Assembly: GCF_003704095.1 (NCBI RefSeq) | Contig: NW_020845054.1 | Location: 124,001 to 188,000 of the forward strand | Direction of reading: 5' to 3' | Length of the DNA: 64,000 nucleotides | From: Pocillopora damicornis | Lineage: Eukaryota | Shown: piece by piece, positions 53,201 to 64,000 of the stretch | How positions within the stretch are numbered: the stretch's first letter is position 1 | Layout: the number at the start of each line of letters is the position of its first letter | Notes under the pieces: model-generated | Database searches by the model: none | Seen by the model: only the letters and a program-made list of their open reading frames with translations | Told to the model about the DNA's origin: nothing | Translations under genes and position numbers: made by a program

Positions 53201-55951
53201 TAGGAAATATTTAGCAGGGCTAAAAATTGGTGGTTGCACTTTCGCCAGTGGGGAGTTAAAACTGACCAGGGCCACCAAAAGTTAAGGTTTGAATGCTCAG
53301 TGTGTGACTGTGCTACAGAATTTCAAAAAGTTGTAATGTAAATTATGCAAAGTACAAAGTTAAAAATAAAACTCAATATGTAGTTTAATTGGACTACCTT
53401 TCTCTTCATTTCTTTGCCTGGACACTAAAATCATCCATTTTGGTGAATTTTTAGTCCAAAGTGGAAATTCTGAGCCGTTTTAACGGTGATTTCACAAGTG
53501 ATCCACATTCACAACATATAGATGCCATTTTGATTTTGTGATTGCCATGTGACTCTGGACTTTTGTGTTCTTTCCTTTTAGTCAACACTTTGTTAAAAGC
53601 CATGGGTGTTTATTCAAGTTTTTCATTTTAAACTAGAGGGAATCGAGGGCAACTTCATTTTGGGATGAGCCACTAAGAAATCAAGGAAACTGGCCCAATT
53701 GGCCACCAAGTACTGGAGTTAATTTTTAGCCCTGATATAGAGCGTAGCATGGAGAGTTTGCATACTGATGTTAGGGTGTAAAGGGTGAACCAGTCTAAGG
53801 GAACTTTGTAATGTCTGCCAGATTATTATTATTTTTTCTGATGGCCTCATATTTTTTCTTTTTTGGAGATTTTTTACAATACAGCACTTTACATTGCACT
53901 AATGCAGTTTAGTGATACTTAATTAAAAAATGATATTGCTGCCATTTAATATAAAACCTGTTTGCAATGCATGGGTGAATGGTATAGTTATCACATGAAT
54001 TTGTTCACCTTGATGCACACTTTTCTAACAGGACACAAAGATGTTGTTTGTTCTCTCCTTGCTGCAAACCTGGATGTCAATGCACTTGATCCTGATGGTA
54101 GGTCTGCACTGATGTTAGCTGCACAGGAAGGCCAAGTTGATGTTGTGTCAGCACTTATTGAGTATGGTGCACCCATTGAACAAGCATCTTCTGATGGTCG
54201 CACAGCATTGCATTTTGCTGCTATGGAGGGGCATGAGGAATGTGTACAGCATCTTGTTAATCTTGGTGGAGATGTCAATCATCAGGACAGTCTTGGACGC
54301 ACACCTCTGTTTGCTGTTTCCATCGAGAAAAACAAACAGATGGTTGAATTATTGTTGGATCTCGGAGCTTTTGTAGACAGCAAGGACATGGAAGGACGGA
54401 CACCACTTCAAGCAGTAGCATGGAAGGGAGCTTATGAGCTTGTGGAGCTCTTTATTAACAGAGGTGCAGCAATTAATCATGCAGATTGTGAAGGACGCAC
54501 AGCTTTGATGTCAGCATCATGGAAGGGCCATGTTTCTATTGTGCAGTTATTAATTCAAAAGGGAGCAAAAGTTGACAAAACATCCCAGGAAGGAGCCACA
54601 GCCCTTTGTATTGCATCGCAAGAAGGTCATGATGAAGTAGTGCAAATGTTATTAGAGCATAATGCAAACATGAATCATGCCGACAAGCTGGGAAGGAGTC
54701 CAATGCAAGTTGCTCATGAAGCTGGTAAGCACCAGATTAGATAGCAGTTTGGAAAGTTGAATGAATCAAGAAACTCAAATTGATGTCACTTTCCCATAGA
54801 TGTGAGTCCTTTTTCTTAAAATCTAAGAACTGACATTTTGATGAAAATAACATGTCAGGAAAAACTCAGGGCAGCGTTTACACCTTAATCCTCTAACTCT
54901 CAGAAGTGATCAACATGTAGCTTCTCCCTTTGATACCCATGCATTACCCGGCAAACACAAAGTTATTGGGTACTAGTTGTTATCTTGATCTAATTCCAAA
55001 TTCTCATAACTAATTTACAAGGAAATGATTAGCTGCTAGAAGGGAGAATTAACAATCAGATCTGGGGGTTTTAAGGATAAATCTCACTTTGGGAAATTTT
55101 AATTTGAAGAAAAATTGACTTTGAAGACAAAGTGCTAGTTATTAACATAATTATTTTCCCCATTTTACAATCTTGGAAGGTTGTATATGAATATAGAAGT
55201 TTTCTTTTCTTTAATTGAAAAGTTTTGGTTCTCTGTTTTTCCAGGCCATACAAGAGTTACCAAAGTACTGGAGGCATTCAGCGTGATGAGATTGAATGAT
55301 GGTAATTTTACCAGCACATTAAAGAGAAAGCTTTCGTCAGCACAATCAGAAAGTAGCAGTACAGTCTCAAACAGCAGCCTTGCAGAAAAGCCGCAAAGAT
55401 CAGACAGTGTTTCATCCTCAAATAGTTCTGAATCCCCTCCTGCCTCAAGAAAGGAACTTCTGACTCCAGGTTCAACTCATACACTTGGACCAAATGGAGA
55501 AATTCTCGAAGAAAGACGTTACTCTGCTAGTTTCCGTGACGTGCACACTGTTCAGTCAATCAAGGAGCCTTGGAATAGGGCCTGCCCTCCATACACATCA
55601 GAATTGGATGTAGTAAACCCTCCCCCTTACACAGAGAAACCTGTAAGAACATCTCTGGTTGAAGATGATGTGGTTACTGTTGCAACTATGCCCCCTCCAT
55701 CGGGCAAACAAAAGCAGTTTAACTTGCTTCACAAAATGAAGCAAAAAGGAAAAAGTGCATTCACTTCCAGTGGTCATGGAAAACATGGAAAAGTGATCGG
55801 CAAGCATAAAAGTCATGGGGAAAGACGTGGATTTTTCTCTGGTATAAAACAGCTTGGTGGAAGTGCGTCTGGTGCTGGTTCATCAAAATCCAGGGAAGGA
55901 AAACTAGAAAATTCAAAAGGTTCAAATGAGTCGATGGAAACAAAAATCTAA
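50239..55951 (+). CDS. ANKRD50: Ankyrin repeat domain-containing protein 50 ortholog; exons 50239-52552, 52938-53036, 54032-54724, 55245-55951
   Basis: FYCREWVFEKI, P-loop GGPGSGKT, Walker B VVVDAIDE, LDDLRKAHVVKDIQQYILNRL, IKSNGCLLYLEKLLDGV, long ankyrin array, S-rich tail ending in the class I PDZ-binding motif ETKI. Confidence 0.93.
53215..53734. mobile_element. hAT-like non-autonomous element inserted in a TTAA-MITE (host about 53052-53787)
   Basis: 14-bp TIRs cagggctaaaaatt / aatttttagccctg. Imperfect 8-bp TSD atatttag / atatagag. Confidence 0.75.
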
Positions 55952-58174
55952 CTTCTATGACTGTGGGCTTTGTGCTTAGCTTTAGCTTTTTAGTAGCTAT
56001 ATCTCTAAACAGAAAAAAAATCAGGTTTAGTGTGCTTTTGACACAACAGAGCACACTTCTGCACCAACCTTTTTACACTGGATTTTATTAACCCTTGGTA
56101 TTTAAAAAAAAAAACATTTTCATGCTTAATATTTAATTCTAAGTTTTTTTTATACAAAAATCAGTGAACATATTCCATTAGCAGATCCAGGCCTTCAGAT
56201 AAGGGGAGATGCTTGTCTGAAATTTTTCAGACAAAGTATGTTACATTTTGGGTCTTCATCTAAGATCTGTGGGTCTCCACAAGTAGCTCTGTCAATGGAT
56301 TCAAATATCAGGGCACTTTTAATCCAAAATAATCCCTTGAATGTAGTACTGGATTTTATCAGGGCTCTAAAGTACATGTTTACCTTTGAGTTTTATAGTT
56401 GATTTGTAATTTTTTGAGGGAAGTTCACATTAACCCTTTCAATTCCTAAGATCTGATTGTTAATTCTTCCCTCTAACTGATATACATTTCCTTGTAAATT
56501 AGTGACAGGAATTTGTTGTCAGATCAAGATATCATCTTTGTTGAGTATTCTTTGAGTATTCTGATCACTTGTTTCCTGGATATTGTATGAATATTATAGG
56601 GAGAAGGTACATGTTAATCACTTATGGGTGGTACGAAATAGGTAGATAAGAGCTTGAATGCAGTTACTCCTAAGGGAATTTTGGGTGTTGCATTCACAGA
56701 AGTAGTCCAGAATGTTGAGACTTCTGCTTTCACTTCATGAGACTATTACCCCAAAATTTATTTTCTACCAAAAAGTGCTTGGAACTCAAGCCAGTTTTAA
56801 GTCATCAGAGAGAAATACTGATTCCTCACTTAGGTTGTACAACAATGAAATATTTACTTGTCAGAGGTATTGACTATTTTTAACTGTTGCCATTGTAACC
56901 ATGAAAAAGAATAATTATCACAAAAGCAACAGTTATGTTTTTTTACCATATAAATATTCTTTACATAGATACAGAAAGGCTTATTTAAAATGTGCAGTAT
57001 GCAACATGTGAATGAAAGGGTAAGAAACATTTACTTAATGTAAAGTAATAAATTTTTTTGCATGTCAAGTTTACATGATGATATTGTAATTTCCTCCTAG
57101 AATGGTGTTTTGAAATTCAAGTGCTGACATATTGTAGAAAAATATGATGTTTGTATAACATTTTTAAGTTAGTATAATGCAATATACTTTAACGGTTATG
57201 GAACTGCAACTAAGAAGATAGTTGAGGTTTTAAAGCTTGTTGAAATTTCATCAGGGGCTGAATGTTATCTAAAACAGTGAAATAATTTGTTAAGTCGATT
57301 AGAGTGATGAATTAGCTTTCATATGATAACATTATTACATTACATATAATGAATAATCATTAAAAGACTGCCTTGAATATGATAACGCCAAGAACATTTT
57401 TACAGGTCCTGTAGCTTAACTCTCCCTATTTGCCAAATAGGTTTTGATTAAAGAGCAGCTTTTTGAATGTTGAATAATATGGCTATGTTTAAGATTTTGC
57501 CCAAATATCTACCATTAGATTTATCACGTTGTCCTTACCTCACAGCATAAAGATCTGCAAACATTATTTCCCCAAAGTATACCAGATTAAATTTTTTGTC
57601 TTAGTCAGTTCCTGATGGAAAAATTAGGGATAAGATATTCCATCGGACTCCTTTCTGAGACAAAATATTTCAATTGTTGTAACATGAACAAGGGATAAAG
57701 CAGCACATAGAGGCAAAGACTGAATGCATGCTTCCTCAATCCCAACCAGCCTCCTGTACTCATTGCAATAATGGGTCACATCCTCAGATAAGTTTCCAGG
57801 TAGTTACCTTGAGTCTTTAGGTTTAGTGGCAGAGTGCTATGCATCCAAACCCAAGCTCATATGCTTGGCTCTAACCTCATTCTCAGACTGTCTGATGATT
57901 TTTCACTTAACTTTCAATTTAGACAGCACTTCTCTCAGAAGAAATGTTTTTGGGTGTAAACATATCACACAGAATATTAAATATTTCGATTTTATCAAAC
58001 TGTTGGTACCACCGCGATGAAGACCGGGTACCCCCAAGTTCAAATTCTGTCCAAAGTCTATGATCGAGAAGACACTCAGGAAAATCCCTCCCCTTCTCGA
58101 ACCCCTTGACGTAACTGAGAGAGAGTGCTTGACGGTGTCAGCGGTAAATTCGTGGGAATTTCAAAACATCCAAG

Positions 58175-60367
58175 ATGGCGACCTCATCGGCTACATTTCC
58201 ATCTCTTCTTCCCCGAGTTGCGGACAATCTTTGGTTCACGCTGGAAAAGAAATCAGATGATGACGCTGTATTAGCTAAAGAAGAGGAAGAATACGCTGCT
58301 TCAGTGAGTTGCCGAAGATTTTTGCTCAGCTTGCACCAAAACAAAACGAATTGTTTCGAATTTTTTTTCCCTACATCAACGGAATTATAAATTAACGTAA
58401 AATTAATTAAAACGACTTTCATTTGGCAAGTTTTCCTTTATCTGCAAAAATTTAAGTAGAAAGGGAAATTTTGAATAAATTAATGGTATGATCAAAGTTC
58501 TAGCAATTAAGATCTGTAAATACAAAGTGCTAAGGGAAACTTACAGCTAAATTTTGATGTAACTATAAACTTACTCAGAAGCATATCATGATATTCGGCT
58601 TTCTGTAATTGGTAGTTTCATGTACACTGTAGCTTGCACTTTCTAGAAAGTTTGGACTATTGCTTTTATAAAATAATTCTAGGTTTGCCGAACGTTGCAA
58701 TAAATAATATATTTTTACCAATCAGTATGCTTGCAGTATCTCAGTCATATTATAACAGATGATGTTTCCTTGGCAGCTAAAAAGGATTGCAGATAAGGGC
58801 TTTGATATTCCTCCAATTGGTACCACTAAAACCAAAGACAGACAGGAGGTAAGGTTGTTGTTTATTCATTATGTATGTACCACTTACCTCTAAAACTGGA
58901 ATCCTGTCTGATGAGATCCCAAAATATGTCTGATTTGTTAGGAAACAAGATATCTGGGATGAATTTACAGTGTTAAGTCAGGGACAAGGTCTAAGATTCC
59001 AACAGTTCGTAATGTCTTGGGCTCTAGATGACAGGAGACTGTCCAATGTTCTGAAAATTTCTCTAATGTGGGACATGGTACACATGTATTCCACAAAGTT
59101 ATGGGTTTGGTGGCATTAACCCTTTAACTCCCAAGATCAGATTGTTAATTCTCCCCTCTAGCTTCTACACATTTCCTTGTAAATTAGTTGTGAGAACTTG
59201 GTGCTAGATCAAGATGGCAGCTTCTGCCTGATAAGTTTGAATATTCTCATTACCTCTTTGCTGAATAATGTATGGATATTTTAGGGAGAAGTTTTATATT
59301 AATCACTTCTGGGAGTTAAAGGGTTAAGTAAAAAGCCCCACCATATTTCAGATGCTAACCCTTTCACTGCCAGTAGTGACTAATAAGTTATTTCTCCTTA
59401 CATTGTCTTTAGATTGTGTGGCAGAAAGGTTAGGTGAAGAGAGAGTAATACCAATTAGGAGATATTGTTTGATTTAACCCTTTAACTCCCAAAAGTGATT
59501 AACAGCAAGGTGTTTTTCAGCAAACATGTTATAAGAATGTTCAAACTTATCAGGTGGAATTTGTTGTATTAATCTTACACCAAATTCTCATAACTAATTT
59601 ACAAGGAAATGTGTTGCAGCTGGAGGGGAGAATTGACAATTAGATCTTGGGAGTTTAAGGATGGGCAGTGAGGAGAATAACTGTTTGGTTCTCAGGAGTG
59701 ATAGGGCCAAAGAGCTAAATATTTTTCAACCTAAAGCTCACTTGTCTTGAACAGAAAGATACTGATATTGGTTGAAATAATTTTTTTCCCATGATGAAAT
59801 GGAATTGGTACTTTAAAAGTCTACTCTGCATTCACTTATTTTGAATCTTTGGTTACTCTTGATATCATTTTAAAGAGACTTGATGAAGATGATGATGAGA
59901 TTGAGGATGATGATGATTCAGCAGAAGAAATTGAGGATGAGACTGATGAATATGAAAGTCCAGATGCTGAGTCTGTTGAGGGAGAGGTATAAAAAGAGGG
60001 TGCTTTGGTTATCATTGAGTATTTCAACTAGTTGTTTCATCGGCACTTGGATATTGTCAGACTATACAAGTCAGACAGGAAATAACTTGACGGTAAACGA
60101 GAGGGGTAATCAGATTGTAGTTTTATGTTTTGCTTAATCTCCAGAGTGGCTGCTAGGACATGAGAAACAACCAAAAATTCCCAGTATATTGAAGGTTGTT
60201 AGTAATTAGAAGTCAATAATCTTGTTTTTCTCAACTGTTCACTGATTTGGAATTATCTGACATAGGAATACCTGACCCTTTGTCTGTATATGGATGTTTG
60301 TATCATTACCATGACTTTCTTTGTAATTTTTTACCCACAGGTTGAGATGGAATCAAGTGTAATTTAA
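58175..60367 (+). CDS. ANAPC15: Anaphase-promoting complex subunit 15; exons 58175-58303, 58777-58848, 59876-59986, 60341-60367
   Basis: FPSLLPRVADNLWF...EEEEYAASLKRIADKGFDIPPIG followed by an acidic D/E tract and YESPD. Matches APC15 architecture, with phase-0 junctions. Confidence 0.85.
59120..59323. mobile_element. Intact TTAA-targeting (piggyBac-like) MITE, subfamily A; representative of ~17 copies
   Basis: TTAA|ccctttaactccca...tgggagttaaaggg|TTAA. Other copies at about 2590-2788, 3388-3591, 11441-11637, 12897-13103, 15927-16140, 19239-19430, 21443-21835 (2), 24830-25034, 31525-31675, 47437-47565, 53052-53787, 54886-55075, 56430-56630 and 59358-59706 (2). Confidence 0.85.
59358..59706. 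mobile_element. Nested TTAA-MITEs (subfamily A copy 59478-59660 within an older copy)
   Basis: The older copy starts aaccctttcactgcc, is interrupted at ttaa|ccctttaactccc, and resumes gggcagtgaggagaataac...ggagtgataggg. Confidence 0.6.
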
Positions 60368-61204
60368 GTGTTCCTTTCATGTGCAATTGTAGTCAAGATG
60401 TTTCCCATTATGTTGTATGCCCTAGAAAACTTTCATTAAAATTAGTTTTGGAAAGAGAATGGCTCTTAATCATGTTGTGCAACAGAAAGCTCTTTTGTAT
60501 GCAGTGAAACATGTGGGTGCTAGACAGTTTTAGCTGGTTGTAATTGATTGTTGCAGCAAGTCAATCTCTGCAACAGGTCTCTTTAGTTATCAATATTATC
60601 TTCTCTTGTGGAATACTGTTTCCATGTAATAGTGAATGTAAGTTGTAGGGACAGAACTTAGGCAAAAAATTGTGCTCACACCCATTTAATTGTACATATG
60701 GAAGTTGTAATTAAAAAAAGGGCTTATACTCCCAGCATCATTGAAAGTTAACTATCCCTAGACCAGGGCTCAATCAAAGTTAACCTCAACTACTAAATTC
60801 TACCTTAATGCTCCCTCCCAATGCAGGCTGAATTTCATACCCAATCTAAAAGTTGACAATACAGAATTCTAAATCACTTTTAATTGCTAAAATAATACAT
60901 ACAATGTGTTGTGTACTAATTATTGTCGATTTAAGGTATTTACAATAAGGTGCAAGAATAATTAGATTCGCAAATTAATGACAGTAGGTTGCATATGGGG
61001 TTTATAATGGTGAACAAAACATTTTGTATAAGGTAAATAAAATACACTTGCGTTGTACAGCCATTTACGACTATTAAATAATAAAAATGCTAAAATAAAG
61101 TTCAGTTCATTCGTAAAGTAACTAGATGGTTTTGGCGCCAAAGAAGCCTCGAAGTAACGGATAATTTTAGAGTCACGCTGAACAGGACTTTCGTTCGAGC
61201 TGGT

Positions 61205-61220
61205 GGCTCCTAAAGGAGCC
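61205..61220 (-). terminator. Histone mRNA 3' stem-loop
   Basis: acaac-GGCTCC-TTTA-GGAGCC-acca, 23 nt after the stop. Purine-rich gaacgaaag downstream (HDE-like). Confidence 0.9.
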
Positions 61221-61243
61221 GTTGTAGTTAAAGTCGAGGAGAT

Positions 61244-61648
61244 TTAATACTCCTGGCTCTGTGAGGAGGTCTTTCCAGCTTTCTTATCGGTCTTCTTAGG
61301 AAGGAGCACGGCTTGGATGTTCGGCAGAACGCCACCTTGGGCGATGGTGACTCCGGCCAGGAGTTTATTTAGTTCTTCGTCGTTACGTACTGCGAGTTGG
61401 AGATGACGAGGGATTATTCTCGATTTCTTGTTATCTCGTGCAGCGTTGCCCGCCAATTCTAAGATTTCGGCGGACAAGTATTCGAGAACGGCAGCAAGGT
61501 ACACTGGTGCTCCGGCGCCAACTCGCTCAGCGTAGTTGCCCTTTCTTAAAAGACGGTGAATTCTTCCGACGGGAAATTGAAGTCCAGCTCGGGATGAGCG
61601 GCTTTTTGATTTGGTTCCCTTAGCTTTACCTTTACCGCGTCCAGACAT
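61244..61648 (-). CDS. H2AX: Histone H2A.X (intronless)
   Basis: MSGRGK...[35 protein letters not shown]...LLPKK with C-terminal SQEY. The true ATG is at 61648. Confidence 0.97.
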   Translation of the reverse strand: MSGRGKGKAKGTKSKSRSSRAGLQFPVGRIHRLLRKGNYAERVGAGAPVYLAAVLEYLSAEILELAGNAARDNKKSRIIPRHLQLAVRNDEELNKLLAGVTIAQGGVLPNIQAVLLPKKTDKKAGKTSSQSQEY

Positions 61649-61724
61649 GATAAACAGTTCCAAACGTCGCACAACCAAGCAAAAGTGAAATAGTGTTCGA
61701 ATATGTCTGCATAAAATGGAAGTT

Positions 61725-61800
61725 TCAGTTCTTATACCAGCCAACGGATCGAAATCCACCAATCGAATTTCTTCTTTTATGTCCCAATCGGCCAATGGAA
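61725..61800 (-). promoter_or_regulatory. H2A.X promoter: TATA-like box and three CCAAT boxes
   Basis: TATAAG on the minus strand near 61731-61736. ccaat near 61759, 61784 and 61792. Confidence 0.6.
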
Positions 61801-64000
61801 ACATAGATATGCTTTCTCAGAGGTCGGTGTAAATATATGCTATGATGAAGGAATCTTAATTACGTAATTTTATTAATTAATTATCTTAATTATTATGGTA
61901 ATAAAAGATTCTAAAGTTCAACTTTAAGGGAAGGATAATTTTTTTTAGTGGGAGAGAAGAATACAGGATTTTCAACAGAATATATCTGGTTGGTGTCATG
62001 GCTCGAGTTATGATCATTTTGATGAGATAGACTATTTTCGAATTCAATTTTGGCGCCAAGTGTGGTCCGCTTTCAACGGAGAGCTCCTATTAAATTAACC
62101 GCCCCAATGCATGTTAAGTAGTAACAGATTTGCCAAAAATTTCACTTTAAGGATAGTAGATTAGTCAATGTAAGTAATTTCAGTAGTGTATGAATCAATC
62201 GATATATTTTTTCCCGCAACTTTACTTTAACGTTGCGCTAAAAGATGCTTTATTTACACTATTTTCTTTCTACGCGCCAAAGACCCCTGTTCCAGTTGAA
62301 TGAGTCGTTGATTATCACTGTGTGAAAATGCCATAAATAGAACATCCTCTCCCGTGACCCATCCTTCTAGATCTTCTAAATTTAAATTTTATTTTTGTTT
62401 TTCATTGGTTGCTATCGACTTGAAATGTCCTACGTAGCTCTTTCGGGAAGGTGGGTGCCTGTACCTTTATGTATTAACATTCTTCCACGGGATGATAGAA
62501 AGATGACTTGCTTTAACCTCTTGAAATGACTACCAATATCTGCTTAGAGTAACAAGTATGACTTCGGTGGGTTTAAAAACCGGAATTTCACCCTATTGTG
62601 ACTTGGTTGGGTTTATGACGATGCTTGACAAAAAAAGCCCTGACTTTCGCGGCTTCCTATATTAACTCAAGGAGAGATAGAGCAGAATTCAAGGATTGTC
62701 AATGATTTTATTGAGGGTTTCTTACCTTTGATACAGCAACAAGATAAAAATTTTGGGCTGAAAAGTATGCGTGAGTATTTACTGGAAAATGGATGGGAAC
62801 CGTTTAAATTCGCACTCCATTGACATAAAATCCTCTTTACCGATCCATAAAGCGAATAAAATCCCCCCCCTCACGGAGTGACCCATGAGCTCTCAAGTGG
62901 TTCAGGAAAAAAGTTTATCGGTGTGATATGTCATGTAAAGATCAATTAAAGTGCAAAAACTGTCCTTTCGAGGCACTTACATGAAAAATATTCAATTCAT
63001 AGTTTCCGTTCGTGCCATTGGAAACACTTGCCACTCCTTTCATTTTCCATTCGCAAGGATATATATAAAAATACATATATATATATATATCATGGTCACT
63101 TTGAAGAGAAGATATTACAGTCGAATCAAGCGGATTTTAACATCAAGGCACACTGTGTTAATCTTCTTTACTCGCCAGGTAATTTTTTGATTGGTGATTT
63201 CAATATGTGATCAGTGTTATTTATCCTAAATAGGAAATTTGAAATCCCCTAATGGCGGAAATTGGGGGAAAAACCTAATGGTTAAGGAAAACTCAATGTA
63301 GCTCACAGCTCATGAAAGGATTCTAGAATGATAAATTTATGATCAGTTGAATGCAGCCACTGTATTTATTCAAGAAAAACAACGTCAATATCTTTGTACT
63401 CGTCTGATCATAATTATTGAAATGCATCTTTGTTCATGACAAAATTGTCACATCAAAAAAATTGATCTAAGAAACTGGCTCCTCCACCGAATAAGCATAA
63501 CGGCAGTAACACAGAACTAAAAGTGAGATGAGTAAAGCTATTCAGACACGAGACGGTCTTGAAATTTGACTTAAAATTGAAAATTGGGGAAAGCATCGAT
63601 TAGTTCCTCGCTTACGCGACGTATATATGGGAATGCAACGCGAGGGGCAGTTTAAATATGAGCTCAGAGTTTTCAGGGCGAATTTTACCCTTTGTCCTTG
63701 TGCGAAATTTCAGCCTGGTTGTGCATCACATAAAGTGCAATCTTCAAGTTTTATTTCTTTGGCGGGTTTTTTTCTAGCCCGTTATCGAGAATCTCTGTTT
63801 TGAAATGACCAGGTTTGTCCGTCTTCGCATACTCTTCACAGGAAAAGTGGCAAGCGGAGTTCTAAGAAACTGTACAGGTCTTCAAGGAAAGTGCCCCCGA
63901 ACGGGAGAACGGTCCTGGCTCCGTCATGTCTCCTCACATGTTAAATACAAAGAAAGTGAAAAGTTTAGGGAATTTTCTCGCATTGGAAGACCAAATTTTT

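Noticed and set aside
61649-61804. 52-aa N-terminal extension on H2A.X
   Set aside because: Overlaps the TATA/CCAAT promoter. The canonical MSGRGK start is at 61648.
1-64000. CRISPR arrays, tRNA/rRNA genes, prokaryotic operons or viral inserts
   Set aside because: No regularly spaced repeat-spacer arrays or intact cloverleafs seen. tRNA-like boxes belong to SINE heads, and all genes are spliceosomal animal genes or a histone.
61850-64000. Short ORFs and a (TA)n tract at the window end
   Set aside because: No coding or structural signal. Ordinary intergenic DNA.

Overview
Eukaryotic, intron-rich animal DNA, most consistent with a scleractinian coral. This taxonomic guess is inferred from gene content and repeat types. 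Reading splice sites by hand gives 11 protein-coding genes: the 3' part of a PRD-class Q50 homeobox gene (+), TRIR/C19orf43 (+), a UDP-glucuronosyltransferase (-), POLR1E/RPA49 (-, 12 exons, one U12-type intron), a minimal CRAL-TRIO/Sec14 protein (+), two tandem soluble proprotein convertases (-), USP38/35 (-), ANKRD50 (+), ANAPC15 (+) and histone H2A.X with a histone stem-loop (-). Introns hold about 17 copies of ~200-bp TTAA-targeting (piggyBac-like) MITEs, some nested. Other MITEs, SINEs, LINE 3' ends, foldback elements and degenerate hammerhead ribozymes also occur. The most unusual signal is in the two convertases. Both carry a large (~80-100 aa) insertion between the last strands of the P domain, with basic cleavage sites and a conserved HGRF-x-x-DYM motif (1 copy in one paralog, 2 in the other, the latter differing only at synonymous sites). 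In one paralog the motif reads HGRF-G-K, like an RFamide precursor. Both also have a spacer peptide bracketed by two R-x-K/R-R sites after the prodomain.
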